Part shown: piece after piece, positions 20,915-30,593 of the stretch
Position numbering within the stretch: position 1 is the first letter of the stretch
Layout of the letters: each line of letters opens with the position of its first letter
Source of the DNA: an uncultured virus (IMG/VR IMGVR_UViG_3300025853_007458)
Lineage: Duplodnaviria; Heunggongvirae; Uroviricota; Caudoviricetes
Virus record (IMG/VR): IMGVR_UViG_3300025853_007458
Direction: 5' to 3' (one strand)
Length of the DNA stretch: 64,000 bases
Translations under genes and position numbers: made by a program
The notes under the pieces: model-generated
What the model saw: the letters and a program-made list of their open reading frames with translations, nothing else
Told to the model about the DNA's origin: nothing
Database searches by the model: none

Positions 20915-22480
20915 ATGACAGTACGTGTAAGACCTAGAGATTTAAAACTTCCCGAATATATGACAAGAGGTGGTCCAGGCGACCTATCAATGCCAGGTAA
21001 CGTCAACACTACAGAATGGTGGCGACCTGAAAACATGTCAGAGCTTGGCAAAAAGAAAGCTGCTGAAAAAGGATCAATAGTAGAACAAGCAAAAAGTAAA
21101 GAAATATTTTGGTGTGGTATACCTTTTACACAATTATATAACGAAATAGATGGTAGATATCAAGCGTGTTGTTTTGCAGAACCTGATAAAGTTAGTACCA
21201 TAAAAAATACTTCTTTAAAAGATTGGATGCACAAAAGTGCTTATATGAATGTATTGAGAAAAGAAATGACAACACCTATAAAGGAACAAAAAGATCCTTT
21301 AAAATGGACTAAAAAACTTTGTACAAGATGTGTTACAGATGAAGAAAAATATGGCAGATCCAGAAGAACAAATTGTTTAAAAATTCACACAAATAATCAT
21401 TGGTTCTGGGACGACATTGAGCACATAGCAGATAGATTTAGAAAAACAGGTGAATATAAACTTGATAGAAGGGTATTAGAAATACAATTAAAGATATATG
21501 GCTCAGAGTGTAATTTAGATTGTTTTATGTGTCTTCATGCTAACTCAACTACAAGAATGAAAGTAGCAGAAAGTGGTGTATGGAACAATGAAATATGGAC
21601 TGAAGAAAACGCAGGTGTTGGTATACAAGAATCAAACGAATTAAAATCAAAATATAAATTAGTAGGTAAAAAACTAAAGAAAGTATTAGAAGATAATACT
21701 CCAGGTTCTATAGAACAAATATTAGAATTAGCACCTTACACACGTAGTATAAAAATTATAGGTGGTGAACCACTTATTATGAAAAGACAATATGAGATGT
21801 TACAGGCCTTAATAGATAGTGGCGATTCAAAAGAAATTATTATAAAATTTCAAACAAACATGACAAAAATGGCAAGAGGTAAACATAATATGTTTAAGTA
21901 TATACCCCATTTTAAACTTGTAACTATGGTTGGTTCTGTAGATGGTGTAGGTAAAACTATTGAGTATATGAGAAGAAGAACAGATTGGCCTGAACTAGTT
22001 GACAATATAGAAAAAATCAAAAAATATCCTAATGCAGTTGTAGATTTCAATGGTCTAGTTTCTTTTTTAAGTGTTATGAGATTTTATGAAGTTATAGATT
22101 GGTGCAAAGACAATCCTGTTATAGATCAAATCAATTGGGCTATGTTAGAAAACCCAAAACATTTTGCAGTACATAATTTACCTAAAAAAATAAAAGATGA
22201 TTTAATAATAAAATATTCAAAGTTTCCCGATATTGTAGCTGCATTAGAAAAGAAACCTGATTCAGATGTAAATATACAAGATACATTTCAATACTTGTTG
22301 CAACAAGACAGGTACTATGTAGGCACTAAATGGGAATCACATTTGTTTGATGTATTTCCTGAACTAGAAGAATTTTACGACCCTAACTATAAGTCACCAA
22401 ACGAGTTAGATAGAAGGATGCAAACGGAATTAAAAAAAGGTATTGATAAGGCATATGAAATCCCAGACTTATTAACTTAA
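20915..22480 (+). CDS. Radical SAM protein with N-terminal twitch/SPASM-like domain
   Basis: CNLDCFMC (CxxxCxxC), IIGGEP, and N-terminal CGIPF...YQACC...CTRC. Confidence 0.8.
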   Translation: MTVRVRPRDLKLPEYMTRGGPGDLSMPGNVNTTEWWRPENMSELGKKKAAEKGSIVEQAKSKEIFWCGIPFTQLYNEIDGRYQACCFAEPDKVSTIKNTSLKDWMHKSAYMNVLRKEMTTPIKEQKDPLKWTKKLCTRCVTDEEKYGRSRRTNCLKIHTNNHWFWDDIEHIADRFRKTGEYKLDRRVLEIQLKIYGSECNLDCFMCLHANSTTRMKVAESGVWNNEIWTEENAGVGIQESNELKSKYKLVGKKLKKVLEDNTPGSIEQILELAPYTRSIKIIGGEPLIMKRQYEMLQALIDSGDSKEIIIKFQTNMTKMARGKHNMFKYIPHFKLVTMVGSVDGVGKTIEYMRRRTDWPELVDNIEKIKKYPNAVVDFNGLVSFLSVMRFYEVIDWCKDNPVIDQINWAMLENPKHFAVHNLPKKIKDDLIIKYSKFPDIVAALEKKPDSDVNIQDTFQYLLQQDRYYVGTKWESHLFDVFPELEEFYDPNYKSPNELDRRMQTELKKGIDKAYEIPDLLT

Positions 22481-22510
22481 TATATACTATAACAATATAA
22501 TGGAGATATT

Positions 22511-22939
22511 ATGACATTTGACGAACTACAGGCACTCGCCGATGAAGACCTAAAAATAAATGATACTGAACTTGATTTAGAATCATTAAAAACACCACAA
22601 CTACACAACAAGTATATGAAGTTTCATAATCAATATACTAATCTATTGAAGAAGGCTGAGCAAGACTTGGCAAGATTAACAAGAGAAAAATGGGAATACT
22701 ATACAGGCAAGGCAGACCCTAGTGTGTATCAAGTAAAACCTTTTAATTTAAAAATATTAAAACAAGATGTTGACAAATATCTTAAATCAGATGATGAACT
22801 TATTAAGTTAGATCAAAAAGTAACTTATATACAAAGTGTTGTTGACTACCTAGATAGAACAGTTAAGATTATTTCTAATCGTGGTTTTCAAATAAAGAAC
22901 GCTATAGACTGGCGTAAGTTTACATCTGGCGTAATCTAA
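22511..22939 (+). CDS. uvsY: Recombination mediator UvsY
   Basis: LHNKY, WEYYTGKA and RGFQIKNAIDW motifs; upstream of uvsW. Confidence 0.9.
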   Translation: MTFDELQALADEDLKINDTELDLESLKTPQLHNKYMKFHNQYTNLLKKAEQDLARLTREKWEYYTGKADPSVYQVKPFNLKILKQDVDKYLKSDDELIKLDQKVTYIQSVVDYLDRTVKIISNRGFQIKNAIDWRKFTSGVI

Positions 22940-22940
22940 A

Positions 22941-24404
22941 ATGCAAAACATCATAGTTGACAAGGTCAATGACGTGTACCTACGTATTGACGCAGACGCA
23001 AGCATCCGTAGAGAGTTATCAGATTATTTCTCGTTTGAAGTACCTGGTTACAAGTTTACACCTCAATTTCGTAATAGAGTTTGGGATGGTAAAATACGGT
23101 TATACTCGTATGCTACAGGTCAATTATATGTTGGATTATATCCTTATCTAAAAGACTGGTGTAAGAAGAAAGATGTACATATAGTCGAATCTAGTGAAAT
23201 CCTTGCACATAGCAACGTCACAGCCGCCGATATAGACGGCTTAATCAAGTCTTACGATCTGTCTATCACTCCGAGGGACTATCAAATTAAGGCTTTTAAG
23301 TTTGCATTAGAATATGAAAGAGGTCTAGTTTTATCTCCGACTGCCTCTGGTAAATCACTTATTATATACATGCTTGTCAGGCACTATATGAATATGATAA
23401 ACAACAATATTCTAATCATTGTGCCAACAACATCATTAGTAGAACAATTATACAAAGATTTTAAAGACTATGGTTTTGATGTAGAAACAAATGTCAGTAG
23501 AAAATATCATGGTTATGATATAGATGAAGATAAACGTATAGTAGTATCAACATGGCAATCACTATACAAAATGCCTAAACAATTTTTTGAAGACTATGGT
23601 GCAGTTATAGGTGACGAGGCACACTTATTTAAGGCTGTATCATTGACAAAGATAATGACTAAACTAACAGATTGTAAATATAGAATAGGTCTTACAGGTA
23701 CGTTAGATGATAGTAAAACACACAAGTTAGTATTGACAGGTCTATTTGGTATGGTCAACAAGGTTGTATCTACTTCAGAATTGATTGAAAGAAAACAACT
23801 TGCAAATCTAAAAATAAAATGTCTGAACTTAAAGTATCCTGAAACAGAAGCTAAAAAAGTATATGGTGTAAAATACTTTGAAGAACTAGAATACTTAACT
23901 CAAAATAATGCTCGTAATAAATACATACGAAATCTAACCTTAGCACTTAATGGTAATACATTGTGTCTATTTCAACTTGTTGAAAAACACGGAGAGATTT
24001 TATATAAATTAATTAAAGAAAAAGTAGACCCAAAGCGAAAAGTGTTTTTCGTTTATGGGGGAACTGAAACAAATGATAGAGAAAAAATCAGAGCCATTAC
24101 AGAAAAGTCGGATAACGCAATTATTATCGCTTCTTTCGGCACCTTTAGCACTGGTATCAATATTCGTAATTTACACAATATTGTTTTTAGTAGCCCTAGT
24201 AAATCACCTATAAGAATATTACAATCTATAGGACGTGGGCTTCGTGTCGGCGATAAGAAACAGTCTGCTACAGTCTATGATATTTCAGACGACCTTACAT
24301 ACAAAGATAAAAAGAACTTCACATTAACACACTTTCAGGAAAGAGTTAACATCTATAATAGAGAAGGCTTTGACTATGAAATACACAGCGTGGATTTAAA
24401 ATGA
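22941..24404 (+). CDS. uvsW: SF2 helicase UvsW
   Basis: PRDYQ, SPTASGKS, DEAH, GLTGT and QSIGRGLR motifs. Confidence 0.95.
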   Translation: MQNIIVDKVNDVYLRIDADASIRRELSDYFSFEVPGYKFTPQFRNRVWDGKIRLYSYATGQLYVGLYPYLKDWCKKKDVHIVESSEILAHSNVTAADIDGLIKSYDLSITPRDYQIKAFKFALEYERGLVLSPTASGKSLIIYMLVRHYMNMINNNILIIVPTTSLVEQLYKDFKDYGFDVETNVSRKYHGYDIDEDKRIVVSTWQSLYKMPKQFFEDYGAVIGDEAHLFKAVSLTKIMTKLTDCKYRIGLTGTLDDSKTHKLVLTGLFGMVNKVVSTSELIERKQLANLKIKCLNLKYPETEAKKVYGVKYFEELEYLTQNNARNKYIRNLTLALNGNTLCLFQLVEKHGEILYKLIKEKVDPKRKVFFVYGGTETNDREKIRAITEKSDNAIIIASFGTFSTGINIRNLHNIVFSSPSKSPIRILQSIGRGLRVGDKKQSATVYDISDDLTYKDKKNFTLTHFQERVNIYNREGFDYEIHSVDLK

Positions 24405-24862
24405 TTTCAGACGAAGACTTTAAGTTTTTATTACAAGAAAGCAATGGCTGTAAAAAGGCATTAGAGATAGGTACAGGTACGGGCAAAAGTTCCGCAGCTT
24501 TAAAACTAAATTGTGAGGTGTACTCCATTGACAGAAACGATATATTTGAATATAATATAGATATAAACAGATTTATATGTGAAAGCAAAGATTATTGGAA
24601 TGACTATCTACATTATGACTTTGATTTTGTTTTCATTGATGGCTCTATAGGTAAAGGTGATTGTGAAGAAATACTTAAACGTACAAAGGACTCTTTTAAA
24701 ATTGTATTCCATGATTACATACCAGGTGAAAAAGATAAGAATACAAACAAAGGTTATTATAATATGAAGGCTTTTAAACAATGTGCTATAGAACAATACG
24801 ATATAATTCAACATACTGGCGGCTCTCATTGTGCCATACTAACGCTTAAGAAAGATAAATAG
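24401..24862 (+). CDS. Class I SAM-dependent methyltransferase (Methyltransf_24-like)
   Basis: LEIGTGTGKS, FDFVFIDG and IVFHD motifs. Confidence 0.7.
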   Translation: MISDEDFKFLLQESNGCKKALEIGTGTGKSSAALKLNCEVYSIDRNDIFEYNIDINRFICESKDYWNDYLHYDFDFVFIDGSIGKGDCEEILKRTKDSFKIVFHDYIPGEKDKNTNKGYYNMKAFKQCAIEQYDIIQHTGGSHCAILTLKKDK

Positions 24863-24866
24863 TTAT

Positions 24867-25334
24867 ATGATTAATCGTACTGAAGATAAACAGGTTAAGA
24901 TAATCAGACTGGTTTCTGGAGAGGAAATCTGTTGTAAGTTTCCTTTACATAAAAATCAACTACCTGAAAACTCTAAACTATTAAGGTTACAAGAACCTAT
25001 GCTAATCAAATACGTACCTCGTATTACTGAACAAGGTATATCTGATTATATTGCACTAGTAAAATGGGTTGGTTTTACAGATGAGAAAATAGTTACTATT
25101 CCTGTTGATAAAATTATTACAATATGCAATGCCACACCAGCATTTACTAAAAGATATAGTGATCTTTCACACTCACTAGAACACGCAAAACAGGCCTTAC
25201 CAGGATTTATTGAAAGAGAAATGTCGGAAGAGGAGTTAGATAACGCCGCTTCCAATTATGAGAATGATATAACAAAAGATGATATAAAAGAAGTCGCTGA
25301 CTTACTTAAAATGCCTTCAAAGAAGTTGCACTAG
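24867..25334 (+). CDS. Conserved T4-like hypothetical protein (IIRLVSGEEI N-terminus)
   Basis: Family usually found between uvsW and gp55; shares the RL.SGE motif with 40355..40651. Confidence 0.6.
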   Translation: MINRTEDKQVKIIRLVSGEEICCKFPLHKNQLPENSKLLRLQEPMLIKYVPRITEQGISDYIALVKWVGFTDEKIVTIPVDKIITICNATPAFTKRYSDLSHSLEHAKQALPGFIEREMSEEELDNAASNYENDITKDDIKEVADLLKMPSKKLH

Positions 25335-25372
25335 AGGGTAGCTAGGTATTCTCGGTAACAACCCACATGGGT

Positions 25373-25401
25373 ATTATAACAACAGAATTAGATTATGTCA
25401 A
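25373..25401 (-). promoter_or_regulatory. Consensus sigma70-type promoter on the minus strand
   Basis: Reverse complement reads TTGACA-17 nt-TATAAT. Confidence 0.65.
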
Positions 25402-25407
25402 GCACCA

Positions 25408-25653
25408 ATGAAGATTAGATTTTACAAAAGACTAGATGGCATGAGATGGCTGGGTTTCATACTCGCTATGATAGGTGCCTACATACTCTCAAATGCAGAC
25501 CCTAACACACAATGGGTGGGTTGGGCAATTGCTACAGTATCCTGTACAATATGGATATACATGGGCATAAAAGATAAAGATATACCTAGAGCATTAATGG
25601 AACTTATGTATTTACTGCTTGCTTTAAGAGCAATATATAACTGGATGATGTGA
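25408..25653 (+). CDS. Small 3-TM membrane protein, PnuC/SemiSWEET-half-like
   Basis: Three hydrophobic segments with WxGW and C-terminal YNW. Confidence 0.5.
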   Translation: MKIRFYKRLDGMRWLGFILAMIGAYILSNADPNTQWVGWAIATVSCTIWIYMGIKDKDIPRALMELMYLLLALRAIYNWMM

Positions 25654-25660
25654 TAGGTCC

Positions 25661-25688
25661 TTGACAATAACAAAGAATGTGATATAAT
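25661..25688 (+). promoter_or_regulatory. Sigma70-type promoter for gp55-gp47-gp46
   Basis: TTGACA-16 nt (ending TGA)-TATAAT. Confidence 0.7.
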
Positions 25689-25694
25689 TAAACT

Positions 25695-26243
25695 ATGACT
25701 AAAACTAGAAAAAGATCAGCACATTATGTAGATAACAAAAAGTTTCTACAGGCGATGATAGAGTATAAGGATAAGTGTGATAAGGCAGAAAAAAGAAAAA
25801 GAAAAGCACCACCTGTCACTAATTACATAGGTGAATGTTTTTTAAAGATTGCGAATCACTTATCTTACAGACCTAATTTTATTAACTATACATTTAGAGA
25901 TGATATGATTTCTGATGGTATAGAAAACTGTTTACAATATCTTAAAAACTTTAATCCTGCAAAGTCTAATAATCCTTTTGCTTACTTTACGCAAATAATA
26001 TATTATGCTTTTATTAGAAGAATACAGAAAGAGAAAAAACAAACTAACATTAAATATAAAATGATAGAACAAGGAGGTATAGATGAATTTTCTGTACTAC
26101 CTGGTGATACAAACAACGATTACAAAAACCAGTTTTTAGAATTTTTAAGAAAGAATAAACCATCAACTGAAGAACCACAAAAGAACGAAATTAAAATAAA
26201 GAAAAGAAAAAAAAGAACCTATACAAGTGTTTTAGACGTATAA
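25695..26243 (+). CDS. gp55: Late-transcription sigma factor
   Basis: HYVDNKKF, YIGECFLKIA, DMISDGIENC and NPFAYFTQI motifs. Confidence 0.96.
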   Translation: MTKTRKRSAHYVDNKKFLQAMIEYKDKCDKAEKRKRKAPPVTNYIGECFLKIANHLSYRPNFINYTFRDDMISDGIENCLQYLKNFNPAKSNNPFAYFTQIIYYAFIRRIQKEKKQTNIKYKMIEQGGIDEFSVLPGDTNNDYKNQFLEFLRKNKPSTEEPQKNEIKIKKRKKRTYTSVLDV

Positions 26244-27310
26244 TGAAGATCGCACTATTGAATGATACACACTTCGGTGTTCGTAATGACAGCGAAGCGT
26301 TTAGAAAATATCAGCTTAGATTTTATAATGAAATCTTTTTTCCATACCTAAAAGAAAACAATATTAATACATTGGTACATTTAGGTGATGTTGTAGATAG
26401 AAGAAAGTTTATTAACTTTCAAACTGCTTCTATTTTTAGAGAACAATTTTGGGATAGATTATATAAAGAAAAGATTGATACACATATCATTATAGGTAAC
26501 CACGATACCTATTTTAAAAATACAAACAACGTAAATGCTATAGAAAATCTATACTCATCATTTGATAAAGTACACGAACCATTTATCTATACTAAATCAA
26601 CTGTTGTAGAGTTTGATGGTACACCTATATTATTTGTACCTTGGATTTGTGATGACAACTACGATCACTCTATGGAAACGTTAAGAACAGCAAAAGCAGA
26701 AATTGTAATGGGCCATTTAGAAGTCAAAGGTGTAGAAATGCAAAATGGCGTAATCAATGAACACGGTTTATCAAAATCAGATTTTAGTAGATATGATAGA
26801 GTAATATCAGGACACTTTCATAAACATACAGATGATGGTCAGATACACTACAATGGTGCTCAATATGAGATGACATGGTCAGATTACCAAGACCCTAAAG
26901 GTTTTCATATCTTTGATACAGAAACAAGAGAAATAGAAAGAGTTATTAACCCTCTAACTATACACAAAAAGATAATATATGATGATAAAAAACATGACTA
27001 TAAAAATTTTGACATACAACCATACAACGAACACTTTATTAAATTAATCGTTTTACAGAAAACAGATAACGAGCTATTTGACAAATTTGTAGAAAGGTTG
27101 TATAATGAGATAAGTGTACATGATTTAAATATTGTAGAGGATTATTCTGATATTAAAGCTAGCGTAAGAGAAGACATATTAGAAATGGGCGAAGATACAG
27201 TTACATTCCTAAATAATTATGTAGATCAATTAGAAACAGATATAAACAAAACAAAGTTAAAGGAATACTTAAAGTCAATTTACATAGAAGCTAACGACAA
27301 CAACGTATGA
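26243..27310 (+). CDS. gp47: Recombination endonuclease subunit (Mre11/SbcD-like)
   Basis: DTHFG, LGDVVD, GNHD and SGHFH metallophosphoesterase motifs. Confidence 0.95.
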   Translation: MKIALLNDTHFGVRNDSEAFRKYQLRFYNEIFFPYLKENNINTLVHLGDVVDRRKFINFQTASIFREQFWDRLYKEKIDTHIIIGNHDTYFKNTNNVNAIENLYSSFDKVHEPFIYTKSTVVEFDGTPILFVPWICDDNYDHSMETLRTAKAEIVMGHLEVKGVEMQNGVINEHGLSKSDFSRYDRVISGHFHKHTDDGQIHYNGAQYEMTWSDYQDPKGFHIFDTETREIERVINPLTIHKKIIYDDKKHDYKNFDIQPYNEHFIKLIVLQKTDNELFDKFVERLYNEISVHDLNIVEDYSDIKASVREDILEMGEDTVTFLNNYVDQLETDINKTKLKEYLKSIYIEANDNNV

Positions 27311-29019
27311 TATATTTTAAAAAATTAAGATGGCGTAACTTTCTATCTACAGGTAATCAATTTATAGAAGTAGATTTAAGAAAGGCACCATCAACATTAA
27401 TTATTGGTATGAACGGTGCAGGTAAATCAACTTTACTTGACGCATTATGTTTTGCTTTGTTTAATCGTGCCTTTAGAGATATAAAGAAAGAACAACTTGT
27501 AAATACTATCAATCAAAATGATTGTGAAATAGAAGTAGAATTTGAAACAAGCAACAAACAATACAAAGTAGTAAGAGGTATTAAACCTAATAAGTTTGAA
27601 GTTTATTGTAATGACGTATTGTTAAACCAAGACGCTTCTAATTTAGATTATCAAAATGCTTTAGAACAAACCATTTTAAAATGTAACTATCGTGCTTTCT
27701 GCCAGGTGGTCATCCTTGGATCAACATCATACGAACCATTTATGCACTTACGAGCAAGATATAGACGAGAGGTTGTAGAAGAAATATTAGACATAAGAGT
27801 ATTCTCACATATGGATTTATTGTTAAGACAGAAACAAGGTGAGTTAAGTAAGGCTGTTATTGATGTAAAACATAGATATGATTTGATGACAGAAAAATAC
27901 GAATTACAAAAGGCTCATTTTGAACAAATACAAAATAGAGATAATACAGATATAGAAGACCGTAGAAAACAACTAAAAGAAAACGAGCAAAGTAATTATG
28001 AATATAATCAAAAGTTACAAACACTAAACGAAAAAATTATATCCACAAAAGCAGAGATATGGGGTAGTGAAAAAGTACTTAAAAAAGAAAAAGAATTAGA
28101 TAAGTTAGAAACAAAGATAGAACATAATTTAGAAACACATAAAAAAGATGTTAGTTTTTTTGAAACAAATGACAACTGTCCTACGTGTACACAACCTATC
28201 AATGAAAGATTCAAACAAACAAAAATTTACGAAGGTAGAAAAAAGATTAGCGAACTAGAAGACGGATTGCAGAAACTAACGGCCGAGATGGGGAAAACAC
28301 AAGAACAAATTAAACAATACAAAGCAGTAGAAAAAAGATTAAATGATTTAGATATATCTGTTGCAAAAGTAAATACATCCATTTCAGAAATCAATAGACA
28401 CTCAAATAGATTAGATACAGAAATTGCTAAATTTGAAAATGCTGATACTAATACAAACGTTATACAAAAAGAATTAGAACAAATAAAAGAAGACTTAAAA
28501 TTAGTAAACGTAGAAAAACAAAAGGCTGTAGAAGAAAAAAAATATATTGATATTGCTAGAGAAATATTAAATGACACAGGTGTTAAGGCAAACATTATTA
28601 AGAAGTATCTGCCAATAATGAATAATTTAATTAATAAGTACTTACAATCTATGGACTTCTTTGTTAACTTTGAACTAGATGAAGAATTTAACGAAACAAT
28701 AAAAAGTAGATATAGAGATACGTTTAATTATAATAGTTTTAGTGAAGGTGAGAAATTAAGAATAGACCTTGCGTTATTATTTACATGGCGTACAATTGCT
28801 AAAATGAAAAATAGTACAAATACAAATCTATTAATACTAGATGAAATATTTGATAGTAGTTTAGATGGTCAAGGTACCGAAGACTTCTTTAAAATACTTA
28901 AAACATTAACAAATGAAAATACATTTATTATATCTCACAAAGGCGATATACTATTTGATAAATTTACAAATATAATTAAGTTTGAAAAATACAAAAACTT
29001 TACAAGGATAGCAGCATGA
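27307..29019 (+). CDS. gp46: Recombination ATPase subunit (Rad50/SbcC-like)
   Basis: GMNGAGKS, CPTC zinc hook, FSEGEK, LDEIFD and ISH motifs. Confidence 0.96.
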   Translation: MIYFKKLRWRNFLSTGNQFIEVDLRKAPSTLIIGMNGAGKSTLLDALCFALFNRAFRDIKKEQLVNTINQNDCEIEVEFETSNKQYKVVRGIKPNKFEVYCNDVLLNQDASNLDYQNALEQTILKCNYRAFCQVVILGSTSYEPFMHLRARYRREVVEEILDIRVFSHMDLLLRQKQGELSKAVIDVKHRYDLMTEKYELQKAHFEQIQNRDNTDIEDRRKQLKENEQSNYEYNQKLQTLNEKIISTKAEIWGSEKVLKKEKELDKLETKIEHNLETHKKDVSFFETNDNCPTCTQPINERFKQTKIYEGRKKISELEDGLQKLTAEMGKTQEQIKQYKAVEKRLNDLDISVAKVNTSISEINRHSNRLDTEIAKFENADTNTNVIQKELEQIKEDLKLVNVEKQKAVEEKKYIDIAREILNDTGVKANIIKKYLPIMNNLINKYLQSMDFFVNFELDEEFNETIKSRYRDTFNYNSFSEGEKLRIDLALLFTWRTIAKMKNSTNTNLLILDEIFDSSLDGQGTEDFFKILKTLTNENTFIISHKGDILFDKFTNIIKFEKYKNFTRIAA

Positions 29020-29564
29020 TATACACATTGTTACCACCAACAGCACCAGAGGTACTATCATCAATAGCACCGTTTGATATAGACACATTTAAAAAACAAG
29101 AAAAGATAAGTGTTACAGAATTTTGTAACAACATGTTTGAAACAATGAAAAACTATGGTGGTATAGGTCTATCAGCAAATCAAGTAGGCAAACCATATCG
29201 TATGTTTGTAATGGGTGATAATTTAAATATAAACAAAGGTCAGAAATGGGTATGTATCAATCCTGAAATTACAGACATGAGTAAAGAAACGATTAGATAC
29301 AAAGAAGGTTGTTTAACTTTTCCTTTCTTATTTTTAGATATAGAAAGACCACAAAAAATAAAAGTTAAATACTTAAATGAACAACTAGAAACAGTAGAAG
29401 AACATTTTGATGGCATTGTAAGTAGATGTTATCAACACGAATTAGACCATATGCAAGGAACAGTATTTACAGAATTAGTTAGTAAATTAAAATTAAATAT
29501 GGCTCTAAAAAAGAGAGATAAAGAAATAAAAAGGGTTACAAAGTTATGGAAAGAAAAATCTTAA
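29016..29564 (+). CDS. def: Peptide deformylase
   Basis: GIGLSANQVG, EGCL and QHELDH motifs. Confidence 0.95.
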   Translation: MIYTLLPPTAPEVLSSIAPFDIDTFKKQEKISVTEFCNNMFETMKNYGGIGLSANQVGKPYRMFVMGDNLNINKGQKWVCINPEITDMSKETIRYKEGCLTFPFLFLDIERPQKIKVKYLNEQLETVEEHFDGIVSRCYQHELDHMQGTVFTELVSKLKLNMALKKRDKEIKRVTKLWKEKS

Positions 29565-30187
29565 AACAATTAGACCTACCTGAATATACACAACCACTTA
29601 ATAGTGTTATAGAGTTTTTAGATAACTTAACGTATTCAGCAGTAAAAACAAAATACAACGCAAAAGGTAATTGGGATGCTGTATCAATCAGAGGATATAG
29701 TGACGATATAGGTAACATTTTAAAACCAGGTGTTCTAAAATCAGATGTAAAACCAGCAGAATTAAGATGGACTAAACTATATGAAGAACCTTTTTTATTA
29801 CCTTTAAAAGAAATACTATCACATATACCAGCAGAGTTTGAACGTGTAAGAATTATGCGATTAAAAGCAGGTACAGATATTAAGAAACATACAGATAAGG
29901 TAGATAAAGAAATTAAAGCAGGTAAAATTGTTAGATTACATGTACCATTAAGAACAAACGAACATGTACATTTTTACCTATGGGAAGGCAAGAAACAAAA
30001 TCATTATAATTTAGATGTTGGTAAATACTACTATGTAGATGTATCTAAAGCACATGCCGTACAAAATAAAGCAATTTTTGATAGACTACATTTAGTAGTA
30101 GATTGTTATAATAATCCTAGATTAGAAAACTTACTAAAACAAGGAGATGAAGTAGAAGATGATATTTGCAGTCCCATCGGATTTTGA
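29546..30187 (+). CDS. 2OG-Fe(II) dioxygenase, Asp/Asn beta-hydroxylase-like
   Basis: RIMRLKAG...HTD (HxD), RLHVPL, HAVQN and DRLHLVVD motifs. Confidence 0.78.
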   Translation: MERKILKQLDLPEYTQPLNSVIEFLDNLTYSAVKTKYNAKGNWDAVSIRGYSDDIGNILKPGVLKSDVKPAELRWTKLYEEPFLLPLKEILSHIPAEFERVRIMRLKAGTDIKKHTDKVDKEIKAGKIVRLHVPLRTNEHVHFYLWEGKKQNHYNLDVGKYYYVDVSKAHAVQNKAIFDRLHLVVDCYNNPRLENLLKQGDEVEDDICSPIGF

Positions 30188-30593
30188 TAAAGTAAAATCT
30201 ATATTCTATAGTCACAAAAAGTGGTTTCCTCATGTACGTACAGACTACATGAAGCGTATGATCGCTAATAAAAAACTAATTTTAGAAGACGGCATACTTA
30301 TAACATTTCATCATTGTAAAAGAAAACAAAAGATAGGTGATGTACAATTAACAGTAGGCGATACTGTATTACACCAGATTGCGTCAGATACGCCTGGCTC
30401 TGGTAATGCTCAATCAATTCTCAATAACTTCTTTGAATACTGCCCAAAAGACGTATTTTTATCAGTAAGAGCTGACAACTTGACAGCCAACAAGTTTTAT
30501 GTTAAAATGAATATGAAATTAATCGGGACAACAAGTTGGGCAAAAGGCACAATCCCTGGTAACGTATATGTCAAACGCAAAAGAAGTAATTAA
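30159..30593 (+). CDS. GNAT-family acyltransferase
   Basis: LHQIAS...GSGNA and LSVRADNLTANKFY..M motifs. Confidence 0.72.
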   Translation: MIFAVPSDFDKVKSIFYSHKKWFPHVRTDYMKRMIANKKLILEDGILITFHHCKRKQKIGDVQLTVGDTVLHQIASDTPGSGNAQSILNNFFEYCPKDVFLSVRADNLTANKFYVKMNMKLIGTTSWAKGTIPGNVYVKRKRSN

